Positions 45,628 to 55,608 of a DNA stretch of 59,844 bases are shown in pieces. The notes beneath the pieces were generated by a model, which saw nothing but the letters and a program-made list of their open reading frames with translations, did no database searches and was not told the origin of the DNA. Location of the stretch: contig JAADVB010000101.1 in the NCBI GenBank assembly GCA_023334545.1, forward strand, positions 1 to 59,844, read 5' to 3'. The first letter of the stretch is position 1. Each line of letters starts with the position of its first letter. The translations under genes were made by a program, and so were the position numbers. Source of the stretch: Salisapilia sapeloensis CBS 127946 (taxonomy: Eukaryota > Protista > Oomycota).

Positions 45628-48210
45628 TCATTGCGCTGCTTGGATCACGTCTTTAAACGATAGCGGATGGAACTTTTGTCCGTCGGCGGCATAGAACTTG
45701 TCTTGGAACTCGACCCAGTGGAGACGTAGGGCATGGAGGAAACACTCGAGGACATCCATGGACAAGACGACGGCAAACGTCACAGCAGCAAAGACAGCAA
45801 AGCCGATGAAGATTGCGAGGAAAGAGTCCGTGTTGATAGCTGCGAGCATCGTCTTCTCCCAAAACACAGTCGCGAGCTCCGAGTGCGCGAGACTCAGGGC
45901 CCATAGACGTAAGTACGAAGCGGTGTTCGAGATCATGCCAAGCACAAATTCGATGGTTTCAATCGCTTGATGGATGAACACTTCTCCAAAGTTAAACTCT
46001 TCTTCATCGCCATGAGCCGCGCCACCGTCACTCATCTCGTGCCTTCCAACCATCCGCTCGCTCTCTTCATCATCGACATGATGACGAACAGGAGGAGCTC
46101 GCTGACCGTGTTTTGTGCGGAGGTAGAGTGGCTTAATGAGGAGCATGCAGGGGACGGCGATGACAGCAAACAAGAGGAGCGTTTGCTGTACACGCAACTG
46201 GCCATCGTACATCGGGTCCTGGACATGTGTCGGATCCAGCGCGATGTTAATCAGCGTGTTGATGATACTCGGAGGTCGACATCCCGTCGCTTCTCCTGCA
46301 AAGTTATACGGACAGACCTCATAGCTCATACGTTCCGTCCAGTCGATACTCCACTTCATGATCACGAGGATGACCATGTAGACGAAGAGCGACACAGCAA
46401 AGACAATCTGAGGAACGAATTCAAAGAAAAAGCCGGCATAGTCTCGAAAGTAGAGAGCGTTCCAGCCTTTCAAGAGGATACCAAAGACCATTTGAGTGAT
46501 ACCAATGACGACTGAGAGTTTCATCTTGAACGAATTGTAGAAGAGCAATTCGTTCGTCGATGTTTTCCAGACTGGATCGAGACCAAACGCATAGACATTT
46601 TCGCCATCCTTGAGATCCGTATTGTTCACATACGACGTCTCGCCATCGATCGAATACTGTGCCTCACAAGCACCTTCACCTTCCAAGCAATCCGGATAGA
46701 CAAAGCGCGAGCCGAAGAGGTTTAACGGGAGAGCGAAGAAATCGTTGTAGATGAGACCGGCGTACATGGCAAAGGCACCCATCATAGCGATCATGTAGCG
46801 ACCACCATAGATACTAGCTTCCGTCTCGCCTAATTGACCCGTCTCGAGCTTTTTTTCCGTCATGATCAAGTAAGCACCAAACATGAGAACACAAAAGCCG
46901 TGTCCGAGGTCTCCGTACATGACACCAAAGAGGAATGGGAATGTGACGGCAGCAAAGACCGAGGGATTGATCTCTTGGTACCTCGGGACACCGTACGTCT
47001 CGACAAAGTTCTGGAACGCGTCCGTGAACTTGTTCGTCTTAAAGTACGTCGGTGGACTTGGCCAGTTGCCCGGTACACGATCCACAATCGAAGGCATGGA
47101 CTTGTCCTTGTCACTACTGTGCGCTCGCGTCACCTCTCGCTGGACGTTTGGCAGCGCACTGCTGATGACCCAGCCTTCTGCACGGAGCATGCCACTCACG
47201 TCCGGTCGGAAGAGGTTGAGTGTATGGTACGTCGCCTTCTCTTGCAGGACAGCCCAGTGCCATCCTTGCAAGTGCTCGGCGAGGTCGCGACAGAGGAGGA
47301 CGCAGCTCTCGCGATTGCGACGAAGGATATGGTTGCTCTGTGTGAGCTCCGCGTTATTCGACTGCATCAACGCAGCAAGAGCCGTGCGATCGTCGGTAGA
47401 AGGGAGCGAGTAGAGCCTCGCATGGAACGCATCACAAATCTTACGTAACTTATTTTCAATAAAAGCAGACTGGAAGAAGAGTGCAAACGCATGCTTGACC
47501 ACGGGTTGACCAGACGATGGGTCTGTAATCGGTTCTTCGATTGGAGAAAAGCGGAGGAGACAATTACCGCGAGTTGACCGGAAGACCATGCGTTCGAAAC
47601 GCAAGCGTTCGTCGGCTGGCACGACACCCGTAAGACTTCGGAACTTGATGGTCGAGTCGGATTCTTGTGCCGTATCCGGTTCATCATCACCTGGCTGCAT
47701 GTAGCTTGAACGGGACGAACGCGAGCTACGGATCGAAATCTCTGGTAGTTCGATCTCGAAGAACTCACCGGTGCGAGATAGAATCTCTTGTAGTTCCTTA
47801 CGTTCATTATACTCTCGAGTTAGTTTCTCATGCATCGAGTTGAGTTGAAGCAGTTCCTGCTCCTTGCCTTCGAGCAAGCGTTCGAGCGTATCTAAAGCAC
47901 GTGAAGCCGTGGCTTGGGATCCGTACTTGACATCCGTCGCACTGGATATGAATGAGTCGACAGACCCTTGGGAGCGTGTCGGAATGTTAAACTTGGCTAG
48001 TTCGCCGTCGAAATAACGGAGCTTACGCTCCATTTCGTCGCAGCGTTTGACGTAAGACACGTATCGGCGCTGGAATGGCGTCAGTTCTGGATTCAAGTCG
48101 GTGAATTCGAGGACGCCTAATTGACCAAGCTTTTGCACACAGTCATGTGCGGCGTCTTCGTTCACGATGAGTGAGATATACTCCATCGGTTCAGATCGAA
48201 GCCACTTCAT
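45628..48210 (-). CDS. VPH1: V-type proton ATPase V0 subunit a
   Basis: MKWLRSEPM, FTDLNPELTPFQRRY, EINPSVF..TFPFLFGVMYGDLGHG, NSFKMKLSV, HQAIETIEFVLGMISNTASYLRLWALSLAH, LHALRLHWVEFQDKFY. ATG 48210. Confidence 0.98.
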   Translation of the reverse strand: MKWLRSEPMEYISLIVNEDAAHDCVQKLGQLGVLEFTDLNPELTPFQRRYVSYVKRCDEMERKLRYFDGELAKFNIPTRSQGSVDSFISSATDVKYGSQATASRALDTLERLLEGKEQELLQLNSMHEKLTREYNERKELQEILSRTGEFFEIELPEISIRSSRSSRSSYMQPGDDEPDTAQESDSTIKFRSLTGVVPADERLRFERMVFRSTRGNCLLRFSPIEEPITDPSSGQPVVKHAFALFFQSAFIENKLRKICDAFHARLYSLPSTDDRTALAALMQSNNAELTQSNHILRRNRESCVLLCRDLAEHLQGWHWAVLQEKATYHTLNLFRPDVSGMLRAEGWVISSALPNVQREVTRAHSSDKDKSMPSIVDRVPGNWPSPPTYFKTNKFTDAFQNFVETYGVPRYQEINPSVFAAVTFPFLFGVMYGDLGHGFCVLMFGAYLIMTEKKLETGQLGETEASIYGGRYMIAMMGAFAMYAGLIYNDFFALPLNLFGSRFVYPDCLEGEGACEAQYSIDGETSYVNNTDLKDGENVYAFGLDPVWKTSTNELLFYNSFKMKLSVVIGITQMVFGILLKGWNALYFRDYAGFFFEFVPQIVFAVSLFVYMVILVIMKWSIDWTERMSYEVCPYNFAGEATGCRPPSIINTLINIALDPTHVQDPMYDGQLRVQQTLLLFAVIAVPCMLLIKPLYLRTKHGQRAPPVRHHVDDEESERMVGRHEMSDGGAAHGDEEEFNFGEVFIHQAIETIEFVLGMISNTASYLRLWALSLAHSELATVFWEKTMLAAINTDSFLAIFIGFAVFAAVTFAVVLSMDVLECFLHALRLHWVEFQDKFYAADGQKFHPLSFKDVIQAAQ

Positions 48211-48598
48211 GTTGATTGGATTTTTAACAAGCCAGGACAACAAGGAGGATAGGATGCGATGTAAGACGTATTAATAGGACGGAATAAACAGACTAGTACT
48301 GTGTGAAAACGAATGACGCAGAGCAGAGCGAGCAGTAACCGGAGGAAGAGGCCACTAGACGGCAGCGAGAAAGCTCCGTTTTCGCTCCGAGCTCAAGTAA
48401 AAATAGATAATTAGGTGCATTTCCCATACATTTTCTACGTTAAAAGGACATTGTTTTATTGGACAGAAGGCTATTTTGACACTTTGTTCCTATTTGGCTG
48501 ATATATAGCTTTAGTTTAGGCACTAAATCTTATACGGATCTTCAACCGCTGCGATCTCATCTCGAGGAGCTACTCGACTCTATCTCGCTTTAATCGGC

Positions 48599-50089
48599 AT
48601 GCCACAGGATTTAAAAGCACGTAACTGCTCATGGAGAAACATACTGCTATTAATAGCACTGCTTACCACTTTTGTAAAGACAGAGAGTCCAGCATCGGAC
48701 TATGTCGAAGTTGATGATGCGCAGATCCTCGATGCGTTATATGCTGATGCTGGCACAATCGGCATGAATGCAAACCTGAATAATCTTCTGGATGAACAGC
48801 ATACTTCTAAACGAAGTCCATGGGGTTATAGTATCTATACAAACCTCACGGCTGGAACGTACAACTTTGGTCGAGGTGTTGGATACATCACCAGCAGCAC
48901 GATCCGCCCAAACGATGTGCTATTCGAAATCCCATTTGCACAGATCATGAGTCTTCAATCTGCATCTCGAGGACGCATCCAAGCTCTGCTAGACGCGAAT
49001 CCAAGTCTACCATCAACGATAGCAATAAGCCTCCACTTGCTGGAAGAATACTTCCTAGGCGAACGATCGTCCTTTTATCAATACATCTCGTCACTACCTC
49101 CAACCTCTCAATTGCATAGCACCATCTTCTATCACCAGGATGAACTAGATCGACTAAAAGGCTCGCAGTTACTCAAGATCACCGAGTCGAGATTACAAGC
49201 GCTCGAGAACTATTATAAAGCACTAGTGACACCATTAACATCGTCTAGCGCTATGAATCCTCCGCTATTTACGTCTACAGAATTCACGCTATATAACTTT
49301 AAATGGGCGATGGGAGTCGTCTGGTCTCATGCTCTGCCACTTGACATATCTTCAAGTGTCCATGGAGATGTACTTCTTGTACCGGGTCTAGACACCATTC
49401 GTATTTGTACAGCTGACTGTCCCCCAAGCAACGTTGTTCTGGATGAGGACACCAAAATTATTCGAATGTACGCCACAAAGGAGTATGATCTAGGTGAAGA
49501 GGTTATTTTGTCACTTAGTGACAAGACGTCTACCCTCCAAATGCTCAACTATGGCTTCAGTCGTCCTGGAGGGAAGCCTGGACTCGATCGAATCGAGATT
49601 TCCATACTACTAGAGTCAAACGACCCTCTTGCAGACGTCAAAGGCTCTATTCTCACGTCGAATGGTATAAGCCCCAACGACTCGTACTCTTTATATGTAG
49701 AGCAAGAGACGGCATTACTAGCAGAAGAATCGGCACTACTCAAGCTGAAGATGCTCATCAGTTCCGAGTTGTATCGTTACAAAGAGCTATTGACAGCAGC
49801 AAAAGATCAAACAACAGTGTTCATATCTCTCCGGCATGAACTTGCGTACACTCGATCGATTGTATCTGCTTGTAGAAACCTGTTGAAGCAGTATCCAACA
49901 TCTCTCCAAGATGATGAAGACGAGTTAGCAGCCATGACTCCATCCAATCGCCAAAATTCACGTTATGGACATATTCTCCACAGCATTCTACTAGAGAAGC
50001 ATATCCTACAGCATACCATCGATGTAGCTCTACGAGACTGGAGAAACTTAGTATACTTGGACGACCTCGTCTTGACCTCCGACGAATAA
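48599..50089 (+). CDS. SET-domain / Rubisco-LSMT-like protein with an N-terminal signal or TM segment
   Basis: GRGVGYITSSTIRPNDVLFEIP, YISSLP, FKWAMGVVWSHA, LVPGLD, GEEVILS..LNYGF, C-terminal LLKQYPTSLQDDE..EKHIL. Hydrophobic NILLLIALLTTFVKT near the N-terminus. Confidence 0.8.
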   Translation: MPQDLKARNCSWRNILLLIALLTTFVKTESPASDYVEVDDAQILDALYADAGTIGMNANLNNLLDEQHTSKRSPWGYSIYTNLTAGTYNFGRGVGYITSSTIRPNDVLFEIPFAQIMSLQSASRGRIQALLDANPSLPSTIAISLHLLEEYFLGERSSFYQYISSLPPTSQLHSTIFYHQDELDRLKGSQLLKITESRLQALENYYKALVTPLTSSSAMNPPLFTSTEFTLYNFKWAMGVVWSHALPLDISSSVHGDVLLVPGLDTIRICTADCPPSNVVLDEDTKIIRMYATKEYDLGEEVILSLSDKTSTLQMLNYGFSRPGGKPGLDRIEISILLESNDPLADVKGSILTSNGISPNDSYSLYVEQETALLAEESALLKLKMLISSELYRYKELLTAAKDQTTVFISLRHELAYTRSIVSACRNLLKQYPTSLQDDEDELAAMTPSNRQNSRYGHILHSILLEKHILQHTIDVALRDWRNLVYLDDLVLTSDE

Positions 50090-50167
50090 TGTCCAATCCA
50101 ATCGTTCTATTTCGAATTCCCATCAATCATGTATGCTAAATTTGCAATACATCTACAAAAGACAAAA

Positions 50168-50618
50168 ATGAGCCAAGAAGGACCACCGTCTACGCGTGAT
50201 AAGCTCCAGTTGACGCTCGAGGAGAAATTATGGTTTGATAAGCGCAAGAGTGACTTGCAGCAATACTCTGCCATTGGCGCATGCGTCGGTGGCGCCGTCA
50301 TTGGTGCTATCACAAGTACGTTGTATCATTCGTGACCATCGACATTATTTATACTAGCGTTTGCACTAGCTCTAGGACCATTTAGCCGACGGATGCGTGC
50401 TGCAGCTATCACTGGTGGTGCCATGATCGGTGGTGGCTCCGGATTCCTCTACGCTGACTCCAAAGCGCTCGCTCGAATCGAAGACTTGAGTGCTCAAAGC
50501 AAATTGCGAAAGGAGTACCAGCAACTGTACGTAGCCTCACTCTCCTCGTAAGACTTTATACTGACGATATATGTCTATTAGACTCATGGAGAAAAAGTCT
50601 ACTAGCAAGAAAGAGTAA
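50168..50618 (+). CDS. Small membrane protein with two Gly/Ala-rich helices; 3 exons
   Basis: Introns 50316-50369 (54 nt) and 50527-50581 (55 nt) keep the frame: AIGACVGGAVIGAIT..AAAITGGAMIGGGSGFLY..KKE*. Confidence 0.7.
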
Positions 50619-50682
50619 GTTGAGAAACGAGACGTTCTTTTCAAAATGATCCTCGACAACATGGTTGAAACCACTTTCATCT

Positions 50683-52347
50683 CTACAAGTCTTCTTCCAG
50701 CACTTGTTGAGCCAACTTTTTCCAACTCTGGGCATGCGAACTACGATAATGGAGAGCATAGCTAAACCCACGTAAAAGTAACGACATGCGCATTGGCATG
50801 ACAAATTCCTCTGGAATATACTCCACTCGATCGATCCTATCTCTAAGTCAGTCATATCGTTATATACGTAGATAAACGTGTACGTACTTATCGAGGTACT
50901 CGACAAATGCTTGGATGTTCATGCCTTCTGTAATCGTCCGGTCGTCCTTGTCCATCATCATCCGCGCTTGTTTCTCCAAAAAGTAGGCGTTCGTGTGCGT
51001 AGAGCGGATGCCGATGTCCTCTAGCATCACACGAACAATATCGTCCTGACCGCCATCCGCCAATGCCAGTAAGAGCTTGGCTAGAGCATGCCGTGTCTCC
51101 TTGGAGATGTGCTTCACCTGTCCATAGTCGATCAATCCTAGCTTCCCGTCGTCTAGAAGCATGACGTTCCCAGGATGAGGATCGCCATTAAAGCTTCCGT
51201 CCACCAGCATCTCGTACCCATGGACGTCCATCATCAGTTCCAGCAGACGAGGGACGTTCAAAAGCTCATGCGAGTCCACTGGTGTCCACTCGATAGGATA
51301 CACCCATCCAAGTGTCCAGTCATACATGCCTTCCATCGCCTTCGTCACGATTCGTTTGCTCTTTACATACGCATTGTACACCTGCAACTGCGTTTCATCC
51401 GGTCCAGAGTCAATATCTAATCCCTTGGCAAAGCGTTCTTCATCTTCCTGTGCCTGTTGCTTTCGTAGTTCGTCCAACGTCATGCCTTTCTCTGCTGCGA
51501 TCGCGATATAATGATTTTGAATCGCATCCACGAGCTTTTGACCGGCGAGATATTCCATCACGAGCACTTCTCTCGTACACAAGTCCTTGTAAGGATATGG
51601 GACAACGACTTTGTCAGCAAATGGACTTTCAAGTAAATTCGTACGGATAGTAACCAAGTTGTCGGCTTCGGCCTCGTAATCAAATTCAGTCATAAACTGT
51701 TTCTCTACTTCCTCCAATAGACGTAAATGCACTGGTTGGAAGTACCGACAAAAGTCCTTGACGGTCTGGATGTCCCATCGAAAGAACGTCTCGGCGTTCG
51801 GGTGCTGGACTTTGACAGCCACTTGTTCACCAGTCTCGCGCAAGACAGCTCGATGGGCTTGACCGATGGAAGCTGTCCCGAGTGGTTTTTCATCGATTTC
51901 ACGAAACACTTCGTCCCATGGTCGACCGAGAGACGCAGATATGATCTCTTGAATGTCCGACACGGGCTTACTCGGTGCTTCATCCTGGAGTGTCGTCGCT
52001 AGGTCTAGAAACTGCTTCGGAAGGAAATCGCCACGTGTAGAACCGATTTGGGCTAGCTTAACGTAAAAGCCTTTGAGCTCCAGTACAATGTCAAACATCT
52101 TGGGTGCATACTCGTTATGCAATTTCTCATACTCGGCATCCTGCTCTTCCTCCGGAATGCCCATGGACTCCATATAAAACTGCTTACTTCGATACACGAC
52201 ATAAATTGGGAATGCTCGACGCCAGAACGTTACAGACCGGTGGAAGCCTTCATCTTGCTGGGCTTTGTAGACGACAGCTCCAGCACCAACAGCTCCAACG
52301 GTGCCAACGGCTTGCGCTCCTCGCTTGAGCGCCAGTCGGATGGCCAT
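50683..52347 (-). CDS. ABC1/ADCK (UbiB) atypical kinase; 2 exons
   Basis: GFYVKLAQ, LGTASIGQAHRA, VAVKVQHP, EFDYEAE, VLVMEY, FNGDPHPGN, IDYGQ. A 45-nt intron 50843-50887 extends the frame to ..VLEEDL*. Confidence 0.93.
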
Positions 52348-52395
52348 GAACGTGTCAAAATTTAGATTCGTTTTTAAGAACGAAATCAGATCACG

Positions 52396-53958
52396 ATGAC
52401 ACGTGAGGAGGAGCTGGAGGATGAGTTGATGGATATGGCTTACAACGAACGGAGTTACATGCCGCTGAAAGCGACGAGACTGGAGCGAGCGACGTCAGTA
52501 CCAGCTCAACGGCTTCGAAATGCTTTTCACCTTGAGATAAAAGGGCATGAAGCGCTGTCGATAGATGAAGGAAAGTGTCTGCGCACGCGAGCAGCTTCGA
52601 CAGGTACGAGCTCGACAAGCTCATCTGCTTTTATAGATGTGGACAAACAAGAGGATCCGTGGCTTGAACATCGACGGGAGATAGTTCAGAAAATGATTCA
52701 GGAACGTCAGAATAAAATTCGAAATCGACTGGAGGAGATCGAGGCAGATCGTTCGACGCAGGCGAGGTCTGTCGATGAGATGGATGTTAGGTTCAACGGG
52801 ATCATCGACGCGACGGAAGTCGAATCCCAAAGTGCTGAGAATGCCGAATATTGGCATCAACTAGTAGACTGTTGGCTACCGACTGAACGCGATGATCTGG
52901 CCAAAGCAGCAGACGACTCGTTGCTGAATCAACTCAAGTATCAACATAGTGAAAAAGAGAATGAAGAACGCATTCGGACACATTTGCATACGTTATGGGG
53001 ACTCCAAGTGCCGAAACGCCATGGTCGACACCTTCGTCCGATGATGATGACACACTCGCTCACGGCCATCATGGAGGATTTCATTTCCATATTTACAAAC
53101 TGCTACGAAGAGTTTGCCATATCGACGTCAAAAACGAGTCTTAGTGACGACAATGACCGATGTAGTGTTTGCAGTGACTACGCACCAAACGTCTTGGCAG
53201 CAGTCGTACCCATGCTCGCATCCGATGTCCTCTTCTTTACGAGTATCCTCAAGCAGCTTGTGGTACACAAGTACGATGTGTTACAAGGGTATAAAGAATG
53301 CATAGAGAAGATCGTGTCAGAGGCACTATTTGAGCTGCTCCAACCGACTCTTCACACTGTCTTCATCAACACTTTTGCTGAAGAAGACTTGTACGTCTCT
53401 CACCTGTCTGCCTCACTAGAGAAAGCCCCACCATCTCGGTTTAAAATAGCAGAGAAGTACAGACTTGATGGTAGCGCTCTAGAGTCCACGACAGGAAAGA
53501 GTGATCGTGAGAAGCGAAAGCAGAGCTTACGTCAGTATCGAAAACTGATTGAATCGATGGATTCGCTTGGCAAATATCGCTCTCCATGGCTGAAATGGGA
53601 TATCTTAGCGCGTATTTGTCACGACATTGACAGCATCGTACAGGACTATTACGCCAAGACCACGCCAGGCACTAAGCGGCGAGCGAGAGCCACATCAGAC
53701 GTGTATGTACTCATGATCATCTCTGAATATATAGCTGGACTCACGCTTGTATATGACTGTAGAACGGCAGATGATCTGTGTGCGCTCCTTGCTTTCTTCA
53801 TTGCATCCTCCACATCCACTCGCCAACATGTGTACTCCCATTTGGCAATCTTAGGTTGCTTCATGCCGTCGAGACTAAGCCACGGAGAACGTGGGTTTGC
53901 ACTGGCGACGACGACTACTGCTGCCAAGCATCTCATCCGATTGCAGCTTAGCGATTAA
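52396..53958 (+). CDS. VPS9-domain protein (Rab5-family GEF)
   Basis: YRSPWLKWDIL..ICHDI..TADDL..FFI..GERGFALATTTTA. A 60-nt in-frame intron is likely at 53703-53762. Confidence 0.8.
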   Translation: MTREEELEDELMDMAYNERSYMPLKATRLERATSVPAQRLRNAFHLEIKGHEALSIDEGKCLRTRAASTGTSSTSSSAFIDVDKQEDPWLEHRREIVQKMIQERQNKIRNRLEEIEADRSTQARSVDEMDVRFNGIIDATEVESQSAENAEYWHQLVDCWLPTERDDLAKAADDSLLNQLKYQHSEKENEERIRTHLHTLWGLQVPKRHGRHLRPMMMTHSLTAIMEDFISIFTNCYEEFAISTSKTSLSDDNDRCSVCSDYAPNVLAAVVPMLASDVLFFTSILKQLVVHKYDVLQGYKECIEKIVSEALFELLQPTLHTVFINTFAEEDLYVSHLSASLEKAPPSRFKIAEKYRLDGSALESTTGKSDREKRKQSLRQYRKLIESMDSLGKYRSPWLKWDILARICHDIDSIVQDYYAKTTPGTKRRARATSDVYVLMIISEYIAGLTLVYDCRTADDLCALLAFFIASSTSTRQHVYSHLAILGCFMPSRLSHGERGFALATTTTAAKHLIRLQLSD

Positions 53959-54093
53959 TTTTTATGATGATATCATGTATATGAACGCGATAGAGATATG
54001 GAAACGTCGCGTCGATGAAAAGGCGGTGTCCGTCTACCGACTTGCATAAGACAGTAATAAAAGCGATTTTATATTAGATAGTAGCCCCACACC

Positions 54094-55608
54094 ATGAGAA
54101 GACTTGTTAGCAGCAATATTCTGCCATGTATACTACTTCTCGCTGCTCTTCCTCTTGCAATCGCTACGGATATGACATCGGTACGAGTGGAGGTTATTCA
54201 CATCCATCTATTGAGTTTAAGCTTTATGGCATATCCTAGTCAGGCTCTGCGATGATCTACTACCTGGAGAAAAGTGACGGTCCTATTGCCTCATATAATA
54301 GTCGAAACGATGAACGCAAAGAGTTGCCAGGTTCTGCTACAAGCGCTCGATTCGTTGGGATGACTGTACATCACAAGAACCAACGTATATACTGGAGTGA
54401 CCACCGGAGTATCCGCATGTCTAATCTAGATGGAAGCGAGGAAGCAATTTTCCTAGGTACGATGATCAAAGTCACATGGACTGGAACTCACTTTGGTGAT
54501 TCACCCAATGACATTGTATCGCTGAATGTTTACGGTGAACCTTGCCTGACAATCACATATTGGAGCTCTTCACAAGTCGATTGTATCCTCACCGAGCCGG
54601 CATTTGTATATGAGAGTGAGATCACAAAGGATGACTGTATTATCCAAACAACTAAAGGTTCGATGCAAGGAGTTACGTTGAATTACGATGAACGTGTTGC
54701 TGGTGGCTATCGCTCTCCAATTGTACGAGATATTTCATTACAAGTTCATGGACTTCTTCCACATGCGCTTGCTACTCCTGGATCAGCCTCCCTCGATCCA
54801 AATTGGTTGTACTGGACCAACTCGGCAGATGGATGTATCTACCGCAATGAAATCGACACTGCAGCGCTTCAAGCTGTCGAATGCAATGCGTGGGGTGTGA
54901 AAGGACTCGTTCTTGCTACAGACGATAATAAAGACACGCTCTACTTTACGCAGGAAACCAAGGGCAAAGTCAAGAGTAAGCCGGTGTCTTTAATCGGAGA
55001 TTCCTTCACGACCAGCGATGCCACTGTCTTGGTTGAGCTGCCATCTCCTAGAGGGCTTGTCATCGCACCGTCCGGTGACACTCTATACGTTACCAGCAAG
55101 CTTGGTAGGATCTATCGTGTCGAAGTACCTATAGCTCCGAATGAAGTAGCCACAGCTCAGCAAGTAATACGTGTTCCACCCACAGCTGGACTAGACGGCA
55201 TTGCAGTCGACAACAAGTACGCATACCCATTTACTACGTGACTAAAACTTTATTGACGCTTACGACAGGTACTTGTACTGGACCGAAACGAACAGAAACG
55301 TAATCGCGACAGCCTTTATCGGTTCTTATCATCGTAAAGTACTAGTCGGCGGCTCAGCTGATTCCTACTTGACCTGGCCTCGATCCATCGCGCTACTCTC
55401 ATCTGACGGCGATACCAACATAAATGACGACAGTGTCATATACTCGGAATACACCGGTCGGATCTCTCAAGGAGTACGACAGCATCTCCTGATCAACTCG
55501 CTTTCCTCTTCATCGATGGAGATACTCGACCACGACATCCAACAAGCGTCTGCACGTACGCAGCTCACTGGAGCCAGTCAACACGTCCATATGTACGCTC
55601 TAGAGTAA
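54094..55608 (+). CDS. Secreted YWTD (LDLR class B-like) beta-propeller protein containing an IPT/TIG-like domain; 3 exons
   Basis: Signal peptide exon 54094-54180; introns 54181-54239 and 55217-55268. Repeats RIYWSD, WLYWTN, TLYFTQ, TLYVTS, YLYWTE; TIG-like VTWTGTHFG..VYGEPC..WSSSQVDC. Confidence 0.8.

Noticed and set aside
45653-47807. Several long antisense/alternate ORFs over V-ATPase a, and similar ones over ETFB, Lon, SulP and the CBM1 gene
   Set aside because: Expected by-products of biased codon usage in highly expressed genes.
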